Assembly (NCBI GenBank): GCA_964057225.1
Contig: OZ059896.1
Span: 23,126,001-23,190,000, forward strand
Reading direction: 5' to 3'
Origin: Auanema rhodensis
Taxonomy: Eukaryota > Animalia > Nematoda
DNA: 64,000 nt
The position numbers and the translations under genes are program-made. This document shows positions 1 to 12,500 of the stretch, piece by piece. A model generated the notes under the pieces. The model worked only from the letters and a program-made list of their open reading frames with translations. It had not been told where the DNA came from and ran no database searches. How positions within the stretch are numbered: position 1 is the first letter of the stretch; each line of letters opens with the position of its first letter.

Positions 1-133
1 ATTTTTATTGATATTGGTGCATGGTAACCATGACTTTGAAATTTACGTGAACTTTAATTTATGCTTATTAAATGTACACGTGATGTGCACTTGGTATGTA
101 ACTCGCTTCACGTGAAAGATAAAGAGATGCGGT

Positions 134-217
134 TTTCAAAATTAGATTCCCCATGTCCATATTAGTCTAAAAACAAATTTTTATTGATATTGGTGCATGG
201 TAACCATGACTTTGAAA
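134..217. repeat. Imperfect inverted repeat centred on the monomer junction (present at every junction; first instance given)
   Basis: TTTCAAA(134-140)/TTTGAAA(211-217), CCATG(151-155)/CATGG(196-200) and TAAAAA(168-173)/TTTTTA(178-183) are complementary around one axis (loop CAAA 174-177). 24 of 40 ungapped arm positions are complementary by manual count. Confidence 0.8.
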
Positions 218-352
218 TTTACGTGAACTTTAATTTATGCTAATTAAATGTACACGTGATGTGCACTTGGTATGTAACTCGCTTCACGTGAAAGATAAAG
301 AGATGCGGTTTTCAAAATTAGATTCCCCATGTCCATATTAGTCTAAAAACAA
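177..352 (+). repeat. Representative consensus monomer (G19 type), 176 bp, 57/176 G+C
   Basis: Monomer 2 has none of the recurrent variants. It contains the dyad CATGGT-A-ACCATG (monomer 20-32), TGTACA (73-78), CACGTG (77-82), GTGCAC (85-90) and TTCACGTGAA (107-116). Confidence 0.95.
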
Positions 353-2288
353 ATTTTTATTGATATTGGTTCATGGTAACCATGACTTTGAAATTTACGT
401 GAACTTTAATTTATGCTAATTAAATGTATACGTGATGTGCACTTGGTATGTAACTCGCTTCACGTGAAAGATAAAGAGATGCGGTTTTCAAAATTAGATT
501 CCCCATGTCCATATTAGTCTAAAAACAAATTTTTATTGATATTGGTGCATGGTAACCATGACTTTGAAATTTACGTGAACTTTAATTTATGCTAATTAAA
601 TGTACACGTGATATGCACTTGGTATGTAACTCGCTTCACGTGAAAGATAAAGAGATGCGGTTTTCAAAATTAGATTCCCCATGTCCATATTAGTCTAAAA
701 ACAAATTTTTATTGATATTGGTTCATGGTAACCATGACTTTGAAATTTACGTGAACTTTAATTTATGCTAATTAATTGTACACGTGATGTGCACTTGGTA
801 TGTAACTCTCTTCACGTGAAAGATAAAGAGATGCGGTTTTCAAAATAAGATTCCCCATGTCCATATTAGTCTACAAACAAATTTTTATTGATATTGGTTC
901 ATGGTAACCATGACTTTGAAATTTACGTGAACTTTGATTTATGCTAATTAAATGTAGACGTGATGTGCACTTGGTATGTAACTCGCTTCACGTGAAAGAT
1001 AAAGAGATGCGGTTTTCAAAATTAGATTCCCCATGTCCATATTAGTCTAAAAACAAATTTTTATTGATATTGGTGCATGGTAACCATGACTTTGAAATTT
1101 ACGTGAACTTTAATTTATGCTAATTAAATGTACACGTGATGTGCACTTGGTATGTAACTCGCTTCACGTGAAAGATAAAGAGATGCGGTTTTCAAAATTT
1201 GATTCCCCATGTCCATATTAGTCTAAAAACAAATTTTTATTGATATTGGTTCATGGTAACCATGACTTTGAAATTTACGTGAACTTTAATTTATGCTAAT
1301 TAATTGTACACGTGATGTGCACTTGGTATGTAACTCGCTTCACGTGAAAGATAAAGAGATGCGGTTTTCAAAATTAGATTCATCATGTCCATATTAGTCT
1401 AAAAACAAATTTTTATTGATATTGGTGCATGGTAACCATGACTTTGAAATTTACGTGAACTTTAATTTATGCTTATTAAATGTACACGTGATGTGCACTT
1501 GGTATGTAACTCGCTTCACGTGAAAGATAAAGAGATGCGGTTTTCAAAATTAGATTCCCCATGTCCATATTAGTCTGAAAACAAATTTTTATTGATATTG
1601 GTTCATGGTAACCATGACTTTGAAATTTACGTGAACTTTAATTTATGCTAATTAAATGTATACGTGATGTGCACTTGGTATGTAACTCGCTTCACGTGAA
1701 AGATAAAGAGATGCGGTTTTCAAAATTAGATTCCCCATGTCCATATTAGTCTAAAAACAAATTTTTATTGATATTGGTGCATGGTAACCATGACTTTGAA
1801 ATTTACGTGAACTTTAATTTATGCTAATTAAATGTACACGTGATGTGCACTTGGTATGTAACTCGCTTCACGTGAAAGATAAAGTGATGCGGTTTTCAAA
1901 ATTAGATTCCCCATGTCCATATTAGTCTAAAAACAAATTTTTATTGATATTGGTGCATGGTAACCATGACTTTGAAATTTACGTGAACTTTAATTTATGC
2001 TAATTAAATGTACACGTGATGTGCACTTGGTATGTAACTCGCTTCACGTGAAAGATAAAGAGATGCGGTTTTCAAAATTAGATTCCCCATGTCCATATTA
2101 GTCTACAAACAAATTTTTATTGATATTGGTTCATGGTAACCATGACTTTGAAATTTACGTGAACTTTAATTTATGCTAATTAAATGTACACGTGATGTGC
2201 ACTTGATATGTAACTCGCTTCACGTGAAAGATAAAAAGATGCGGTTTTCAAAATTAGATTCCCCATGTCCATATTAGTCTAAAAACAA

Positions 2289-4048
2289 ATTTTTATTAAT
2301 ATTGGTGCATGGTAACCATGACTTTGAAATTTACGTGAACTTTAATTTATGCTAATTAAATGTACACGTGATGTGCACTTGGTATGTAACTCGCTTCACG
2401 TGAAAGATAAAGTGATGCGGTTTTCAAAATTAGATTCCCCATGTCCATATTAGTCTAAAAACAAATTTTTATTGATATTGGTTCATGGTAACCATGACTT
2501 TGAAATTTACGTGAACTTTAATTTATGCTAATTAAATGTACACGTGATGTGCACTTGGTATGTAACTCGCTTCACGTGAAAGATAAAGAGATGCGGTTTT
2601 CAAAATTTGATTCCCCATGTCCATATTAGTCTAAAAACAAATTTTTATTGATATTGGTGCATGGTAACCATGACTTTGAAATTTACGTGAACTTTAATTT
2701 ATGCTAATTAAATGTACACGTGATGTGCACTTGGTATGTAACTCGCTTCACGTGAAAGATAAAGTGATGCGGTTTTCAAAATTAGATTCCCCATGTCCAT
2801 ATTAGTCTAAAAACAAATTTTTATTGAAATTGGTTCATGGTAACCATGACTTTGAAATTTACGTGAACTTTAATTTATGCTAATTAAATGTACACGTGAT
2901 GTGCACTTGGTATGTAACTCGCTTCACGTGAAAGATAAAGAGATGCGGTTTTCAAAATTTGATTCCCCATGTCCATATTAGTCTAAAAACAAATTTTTAT
3001 TGATATTGGTGCATGGTAACCATGACTTTGAAATTTACGTGAACTTTAATTTATGCTAATTAAATGTACACGTGATGTGCACTTGGTATGTAACTCGCTT
3101 CACGTGAAAGATAAAGAGATGCGGTTTTCAAAATTAGATTCCCCATGTCCATATTAGTCTACAAACAAATTTTTATTGATATTGGTTCATGGTAACCATG
3201 ACTTTGAAATTTACGTGAACTTTAATTTATGCTAATTAAATGTACACGTGATGTGCACTTGGTATGTAACTCGCTTCACGTGAAAGATAAAGAGATGCGG
3301 TTTTCAAAATTAGATTCCCCATGTCCATATTAGTCTAAAAACAAATTTTTATTGATATTGGTGCATGGTAACCATGACTTTGAAATTTACGTGAACTTTA
3401 ATTTATGCTAATTAAATGTACACGTGATGTGCACTTGGTATGTAACTCGCTTCACGTGAAAGATAAAGAGATGCGGTTTTCAAAATTAGATTCCCCATGT
3501 CCATATTAGTCTACAAACAAATTTTTATTGATATTGGTTCATGGTAACCATGACTTTGAAATTTACGTGAACTTTAATTTATGCTAATTAAATGTACACG
3601 TGATGTGCACTTGGTATGTAACTCGCTTCACGTGAAAGATAAAGAGATGCGGTTTTCAAAATTAGATTCCCCATGTCCATATTAGTCTAAAAACAAATTT
3701 TTATTGATATTGGTGCATGGTAACCATGACTTTGAAATTTACGTGAACTTTAATTTATGCTAATTAAATGTACACGTGATGTGCACTTGGTATGTAACTC
3801 GCTTCACGTGAAAGATAAAGAGATGCGGTTTTCAAAATTAGATTCCCCATGTCCATATTAGTCTACAAACAAATTTTTATTGATATTGGTTCATGGTAAC
3901 CATGACTTTGAAATTTACGTGAACTTTAATTTATGCTAATTAAATGTACACGTGATGTGCACTTGGTATGTAACTCGCTTCACGTGAAAGATAAAGAGAT
4001 GCGGTTTTCAAAATTAGATTTCCCATGTCCATATTAGTCTAAAAACAA
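2289..4048. repeat. Local 352-bp dimeric higher-order repeats
   Basis: [G19+A125T][T19+A144T] x2 at 2289-2992, then [G19+A170C][T19] x3 at 2993-4048. Confidence 0.8.
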
Positions 4049-7000
4049 ATTTTTATTGATATTGATTCATGGTAACCATGACTTTGAAATTTACGTGAAC
4101 TTTAATTTATGCTAATTAAATGTACACGTGATGTGCACTTGGTATGTAACTCGCTTCACGTGAAAGATAAAGAGATGCGGTTTTCAAAATTAGATTCCCC
4201 ATTTCCATATTAGTCTAAAAACGAATTTTTATCGATATTGGTTCATGGTAACCATGATTTTGAAATTTACGTGAACTTTAATTTATGCTAATTAAATGTA
4301 CACGTGATGTGCACTTGGTATGTAACTCGCTTCACGTGAAAGATAAAGAGATGCGGTTTGAAAATTAGATTCCCCATGTCCATATTAGTCTAAAAACAAA
4401 TTTTTATTGATATTGGTTCATGGTAACCATGACTTTGAAATTTACGTGAACTTTAATTTATGCTAATTAAATGTACACGTGATGTGCACTTGGTATGTAA
4501 CTCGCTTCACGTGAAAGATAAAGAGATGCGGTTTTCAAAAATAGATTCCCCATGTCCATATTAGTCTAAAAACAAATTTTTATTGATATTGGTGCATGGT
4601 AACCATGACTTTGAAATTTACGTGAACTTTAATTTATGCTAATTAAATGTACACGTGATGTGCACTTGGTATGTAACTCGCTTCATGTAAAAGATAAAGA
4701 GATGCGGTCTTCAAAATTAGATTCCCCATGTCCATATTAGTCTAAAAACAAATTTTTATTGATATTGGTTCATGGTAACCATGACTTTGAAATTTACGTG
4801 AACTTTAATTTATGCTAATTAAATGTACACGTGATGTGCACTTGGTATGTAACTCGCTTCACGTGAAAGATAAAGAGATGCGGTTTTCAAAATTTGATTC
4901 CCCATGTCCATATTAGTCTAAAAACAAATTTTTATTGATATTGGTGCATGGTAACCATGACTTTGAAATTTACGTGAACTTTAATTTATGCTAATTAAAT
5001 GTACACGTGATGTGCACTTGGTATGTAACTTGCTTCACGTGAAAGATAAAATGATGCGGTTTTCAAAATTAGATTCCCCATGTCCATATTAGTCTAAAAA
5101 CAAATTTTTATTGATATTGGTTCATGGTAACCATGACTTTGAAATTTACGTGAACTTTAATTTATGCTAATTAAATGTACACGTGATGTGCACTTGGTAT
5201 GTAACTCGCTTCACGTGAAAGATAAAGTGATGCGGTTTTCAAAATTTGATTCCCCATGTCCATATTAGTCTAAAAACAAATTTTTATTGATATTGGTGCA
5301 TGGTAACCATGACTTTGAAATTTACGTGAACTTTAATTTATTCTAATTAAATGTACACGTGATGTGCACTTGGTATGTAACTCGCTTCACGTGAAAGATA
5401 AAGTGATGCGGTTTTCAAAATTAGATTCCCCATGTCCATATTAGTCTAAAAACAAATTTTTATTGATATTGGTTCATGGTAACCATGACTTTGAAATTTA
5501 CGTGAACTTTAATTTATGCTAATTAAATGTACACGTGATGTGCACTTGGTATGTAACTCGCTTCACGTGAAAGATAAAGAGATGCGGTTTTCAAAATTAG
5601 ATTCCCCATGTCCATATTAGTCTAAAAACAAATTTTTATTGATATTGGTGCATGGTAACCATGACTTTGAAATTTACGTGAACTTTAATTTATGCTAATT
5701 AAATGTACACGTGATGTGCACTTGGTATGTAACTCGCTTCACGTGAGAGATAAAGAGATGTGGTTTTCAAAATCAGATTCCCCATGTCCATATTAGTCTA
5801 AAAACAAATTTTTATTGATATTGGTGCATGGTAACCATGACTTTGAAATTTACGTGAACTTTAATTTATGCTAATTAAATGTACACGTGATGTGCACTTG
5901 GTATGTAACTCGCTTCACGTGAAAGATAAAGAGATGCGGTTTTCAAAATTAGATTCCCCATGTCCATATTAGTCTACAAACAAATTTTTATTGATATTGG
6001 TTCATGGTAACCATGACTTTGAAATTTACGTGAACTTTAATTTATGCTAATTAAATGTACACGTGATGTGCACTTGATATGTAACTCGCTTCACGTGAAA
6101 GATAAAAAGATGCGGTTTTCAAAATTAGATTCCCCATGTCCATATTAGTCTAAAAACAAATTTTTATTGATATTGGTGCATGGTAACCATGACTTTGAAA
6201 TTTACGTGAACTTTAATTTATGCTAATTAAATGTACACGTGATGTGCACTTGGTATGTAACTCGCTTCACGTGAAAGATAAAGTGATGCGGTTTTCAAAA
6301 TTAGATTCCCCATGTCCATATTAGTCTAAAAACAAATTTTTATTGATATTGGTTCATGGTAACCATGACTTTGAAATTTACGTGAACTTTAATTTATGCT
6401 AATTAAATGTACACGTGATGTGCACTTGGTATGTAACTCGCTTCACGTGAAAGATAAAGAGATGCGGTTTTCAAAATTTGATTCCCCATGTCCATATTAG
6501 TCTAAAAACAAATTTTTATTGATATTGGTGCATGGTAACCATGACTTTGAAATTTACGTGAACTTTAATTTATGCTAATTAAATGTACACGTGATGTGCA
6601 CTTGGTATGTAACTCGCTTCACGTGAAAGATAAAGTGATGCGGTTTTCAAAATTAGATTCCCCATGTCCATATTAGTCTAAAAACAAATTTTTATTGATA
6701 TTGGTTCATGGTAACCATGACTTTGAAATTTACGTGAACTTTAATTTATGCTAATTAAATGTACACGTGATGTGCACTTGGTATGTAACTCGCTTCACGT
6801 GAAAGATAAAGAGATGCGGTTTTCAAAATTTGATTCCCCATGTCCATATTAGTCTAAAAACAAATTTTTATTGATATTGGTTCATGGTAACCATGACTTT
6901 GAAATTTACGTGAACTTTAATTTATGCTAATTAAATGTACACGTGATGTGCACTTGGTATGTAACTCGCTTCACGTGAAAGATAAAGAGATGCGGTTTTC

Positions 7001-9503
7001 AAAATTAGATTCCCCATGTCCATATTAGTCTAAAAACAAATTTTTATTGATATTGGTGCATGGTAACCATGACTTTGAAATTTACGTGAACTTTAATTTA
7101 TGCTAATTAAATGTACACGTGATGTGCACTTGGTATGTAACTCGCTTCACGTGAGAGATAAAGAGATGCGGTTTTCAAAATCAGATTCCCCATGTCCATA
7201 TTAGTCTAAAAACAAATTTTTATTGATATTGGTGCATGGTAACCATGACTTTGAAATTTACGTGAACTTTAATTTATGCTAATTAAATGTACACGTGATG
7301 TGCACTTGGTATGTAACTCGCTTCACGTGAAAGATAAAGAGATGCGGTTTTCAAAATTAGATTCCCCATGTCCATATTAGTCTACAAACAAATTTTTATT
7401 GATATTGGTTCATGGTAACCATGACTTTGAAATTTACGTGAACTTTGATTTATGCTAATTAAATGTACACGTGATGTGCACTTGGTATGTAACTCGCTTC
7501 ACGTGAAAGATAAAGAGATGCGGTTTTCAAAATAAGATTCCCCATGTCCATATTAGTCTAAAAACAAATTTTTATTGATATTGGTGCATGGTAACCATGA
7601 CTTTGAAATTTACGTGAACTTTAATTTATGCTAATTAAATGTACACGTGATGTGCACTTGGTATGTAACTCGCTTCACGTGAAAGATAAAGAGATGCGGT
7701 TTTCAAAATTAGATTTCCCATGTCCATATTAGTCTAAAAACAAATTTTTATTGATATTGGTGCAAGGTAACCATGACTTTGAAATTTACGTGAACTTTAA
7801 TTCATGCTAATTAAATGTACACGTGATGTGCACTTGGTATGTAACTCGCTTCACGTGAAAGATAAAGAGATGCGGTTTTCAAAATTAGATTCCCCATGTC
7901 CATATTAGTCTAAAAACAAATTTTTATTGATATTGGTTCATGGTAACCATGACTTTGAAATTTACGTGAACTTTAATTTATGCTAATTAATTGTACACGT
8001 GATGTGCACTTGGTATGTAACTCGCTTCACGTGAAAGATAAAGAGATGCGGTTTTCAAAATTAGATTCCCCATGTACATATTAGTCTAAAAACAAATTTT
8101 TATTGATATTGGTTCATGGTAACCATGACTTTGAAATTTACGTGAACTTTAATTTATGCTAATTAAATGTACACGTGATGTGCACTTGGTATGTAACTCG
8201 CTTCACGTGAAAGATAAAGAGATGCGGTTTTCAACATTAGATTCCCCATGTCCATATTAGTCTAAAAACAAATTTTTATTGATATTGGTGCATGGTAACC
8301 ATGACTTTGAAATTTACGTGAACTTTAATTTATGCTAATTAAATGTGCACGTGATGTGCACTTGGTATGTAACTCGCTTCACGTGAAAGATAAAGAGATG
8401 CGGTTTTCAAAATTAGATTCCCCATGTCCATATTAGTCTAAAAACAAATTTTTATTGATATTGGTGCATGGTAACCATGACTTTGAAATTTACGTGAACT
8501 TTAATTTATGCTAATTAAATGTACACGTGATGTGCACTTGGTATGTAACTCGCTTCACGTGAAAGATAAAGAGATGCGGTTTTCAAAATTAGATTCCCCA
8601 TGTCCATACTAGTCTAAAAACAAATTTTTATTGATATTGGTGCATGGTAACCATGACTTTGAAATTTACGTGAACTTTAATTTATGCTAATTAAATGTAC
8701 ACGTGATGTGCACTTGATATGTAACTCGCTTCACGTGAAAGATAAAGAGATGCGGTTTTCAAAATCAGATTCCCCATGTCCATATTAGTCTAAAAACAAA
8801 TTTTTATTGATATTGGTGCATGGTAACCATGACTTTGAAATTTACGTGAACTTTAATTTATGCTAATTAAATGTACACGTGATGTGCACTTGGTATGTAA
8901 CTCGCTTCACGTGAAAGATAAAGAGATGCGGTTTTCAAAATTAGATTCCCCATGTCCATATTAGTCTAAAAACAAATTTTTATTGATATTGGTTCATGGT
9001 AACCATGACTTTGAAATTTACGTGAACTTTAATTTATGCTAATTAAATGTATACGTGATGTGCACTTGGTATGTAACTCGCTTCACGTGAAAGATAAAGA
9101 GATGCGGTTTTCAAAATTAGATTCCCCATGTCCATATTAGTCTAAAAACAAATTTTTATTGATATTGGTGCATGGTAACCATGACTTTGAAATTTACGTG
9201 AACTTTAATTTATGCTAATTAAATGTACACGTGATGTGCACTTGGTATGTAACTCGCTTCACGTGAGAGATAAAGAGATGCGGTTTTCAAAATCAGATTC
9301 CCCATGTCCATATTAGTCTAAAAACAAATTTTTATTGATATTGGTTCATGGTAACCATGACTTTGAAATTTACGTGAACTTTAATTTATGCTAATTAATT
9401 GTACACGTGATGTGCACTTGGTATGTAACTCGCTTCACGTGAAAGATAAAGAGATGCGGTTTTCAAAATTAGATTCCCCATGTCCATATTAGTCTACAAA
9501 CAA

Positions 9504-12500
9504 ATTTTTATTGATATTGGTTCATGGTAACCATGACTTTGAAATTTACGTGAACTTTGATTTATGCTAATTAAATGTACACGTGATGTGCATTTGGTAT
9601 GTAACTCGCTTCACGTGAAAGATAAAGAGATGCGGTTTTCAAAATAAGATTCCCCATGTCCATATTAGTCTAAAAACAAATTTTTATTGATATTGGTGCA
9701 TGGTAACCATGACTTTGAAATTTACGTGAACTTTAATTTATGCTAATTAAATGTACACGTGATGTGCACTTGGTATGTAACTCGCTTCACGTGAAAGATA
9801 AAGAGATGCGGTTTTCAAAAGTAGATTCCCCATGTCCATATTAGTCTAAAAACAAATTTTTATTGATATTGGTTCATGGTAACCATGACTTTGAAATTTA
9901 CGTGAACTTTAATTTATGCTAATTAAATGTATACGTGATGTGCACTTGGTATGTAACTCGCTTCACGTGAAAGATAAAGAGATGCGGTTTTCAAAATTAG
10001 ATTCCCCATGTCCATATTAGTCTAAAAACAAATTTTTATTGATATTGGTTCATGGTAACCATGACTTTGAAATTTACGTGAACTTTAATTTATGCTAATT
10101 AAATGTATACGTGATGTGCACTTGGTATGTAACTCGCTTCACGTGAAAGATAAAGAGATGCGGTTTTCAAAATTAGATTCCCCATGTCCATATTAGTCTA
10201 AAAACAAATTTTTATTGATATTGGTGCATGGTAACCATGACTTTGAAATTTACGTGAACTTTAATTTATGCTAATTAAATGTACACGTGATGTGCACTTG
10301 GTATGTAACTCGCTTCACGTGTAAGATAAAGAGATGCGGTTTTCAAAATTAGATTCCCCATGTCCATATTAGTCTAAAAACAAATTTTTATTGATATTGG
10401 TGCATGGTAACCATGACTTTGAAATTTACGTGAACTTTAATTTATGCTAATTAAATGTACACGTGATGTGCACTTGGTATGTAACTCGCTTCACGTGAAA
10501 GATAAAGAGATGCGGTTTTCAAAATTAGATTCCCCATGTCCATTTTAGTCTAAAAACAAATTTTTATTGATATTGGTGCATGGTAACCATGACTTTGAAA
10601 TTTACGTGAACTTTAATTTATGCTTATTAAATGTACACGTGATGTGCACTTGGTATGTAACTCGCTTCACGTGAAAGATAAAGAGATGCGGTTTTCAAAA
10701 TTAGATTCCCCATGTCCATATTAGTCTAAAAACAAATTTTAATTGATATTGGTGCATGGTAACCATGACTTTGAAATTTACGTGAACTTTAATTTATGCT
10801 AATTAAATGTACACGTGATGTGCACTTGGTATGTAACTCGCTTCACGTGAAAGATAAAGAGATGCGGTTTTCAAAATTAGATTCATCATGTCCATATTAG
10901 TCTAAAAACAAATTTTTATTGATATTGGTGCATGGTAACCATGACTTTGAAATTTACGTGAACTTTAATTTATGCTTATTAAATGTACACGTGATGTGCA
11001 ATTGGTATGTAACTCGCTTCACGTGAAAGATAAAGAGATGCGGTTTTCAAAATTAGATTCCCCATGTCCATATTAGTCTAAAAACAAATTTTTATTGATA
11101 TTGGTTCATGGTAACCATGACTTTGAAATTTACGTGAACTTTGATTTATGCTAATTAAATGTACACGTGATGTGCATTTGGTATGTAACTCGCTTCACGT
11201 GAAAGATAAAGAGATGCGGTTTTCAAAATAAGATTCCCCATGTCCATATTAGTCTAAAAACAAATTTTTATTGATATTGGTGCATGGTAACCATGACTTT
11301 GAAATTTACGTGAACTTTAATTTATGCTAATTAAATGTACACGTGATGTGCACTTGGTATGTAACTCGCTTCACGTGAAAGATAAAGAGATGCGGTTTTC
11401 AAAAGTAGATTCCCCATGTCCATATTAGTCTAAAAACAAATTTTTATTGATATTGGTTCATGGTAACCATGACTTTGAAATTTACGTGAACTTTAATTTA
11501 TGCTAATTAAATGTATACGTGATGTGCACTTGGTATGTAACTCGCTTCACGTGAAAGATAAAGAGATGCGGTTTTCAAAATTAGATTCCCCATGTCCATA
11601 TTAGTCTAAAAACAAATTTTTATTGATATTGGTTCATGGTAACCATGACTTTGAAATTTACGTGAACTTTAATTTATGCTAATTAAATGTATACGTGATG
11701 TGCACTTGGTATGTAACTCGCTTCACGTGAAAGATAAAGAGATGCGGTTTTCAAAATTAGATTCCCCATGTCCATATTAGTCTAAAAACAAATTTTTATT
11801 GATATTGGTGCATGGTAACCATGACTTTGAAATTTACGTGAACTTTAATTTATGCTAATTAAATGTACACGTGATGTGCACTTGGTATGTAACTCGCTTC
11901 ACGTGTAAGATAAAGAGATGCGGTTTTCAAAATTAGATTCCCCATGTCCATATTAGTCTAAAAACAAATTTTTATTGATATTGGTGCATGGTAACCATGA
12001 CTTTGAAATTTACGTGAACTTTAATTTATGCTAATTAAATGTACACGTGATGTGCACTTGGTATGTAACTCGCTTCACGTGAAAGATAAAGAGATGCGGT
12101 TTTCAAAATTAGATTCCCCATGTCCATTTTAGTCTAAAAACAAATTTTTATTGATATTGGTGCATGGTAACCATGACTTTGAAATTTACGTGAACTTTAA
12201 TTTATGCTTATTAAATGTACACGTGATGTGCACTTGGTATGTAACTCGCTTCACGTGAAAGATAAAGAGATGCGGTTTTCAAAATTAGATTTCCCATGTC
12301 CATATTAGTCTAAAAACAAATTTTAATTGATATTGGTGCATGGTAACCATGACTTTGAAATTTACGTGAACTTTAATTTATGCTAATTAAATGTACACGT
12401 GATGTGCACTTGGTATGTAACTCGCTTCACGTGAAAGATAAAGAGATGCGGTTTTCAAAATTAGATTCATCATGTCCATATTAGTCTAAAAACAAATTTT

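Noticed and set aside
12-70. Bacterial-type promoter or terminator motifs in the AT-rich segments
   Set aside because: Such matches are expected by chance in 68% AT DNA, and there is no gene for them to regulate.
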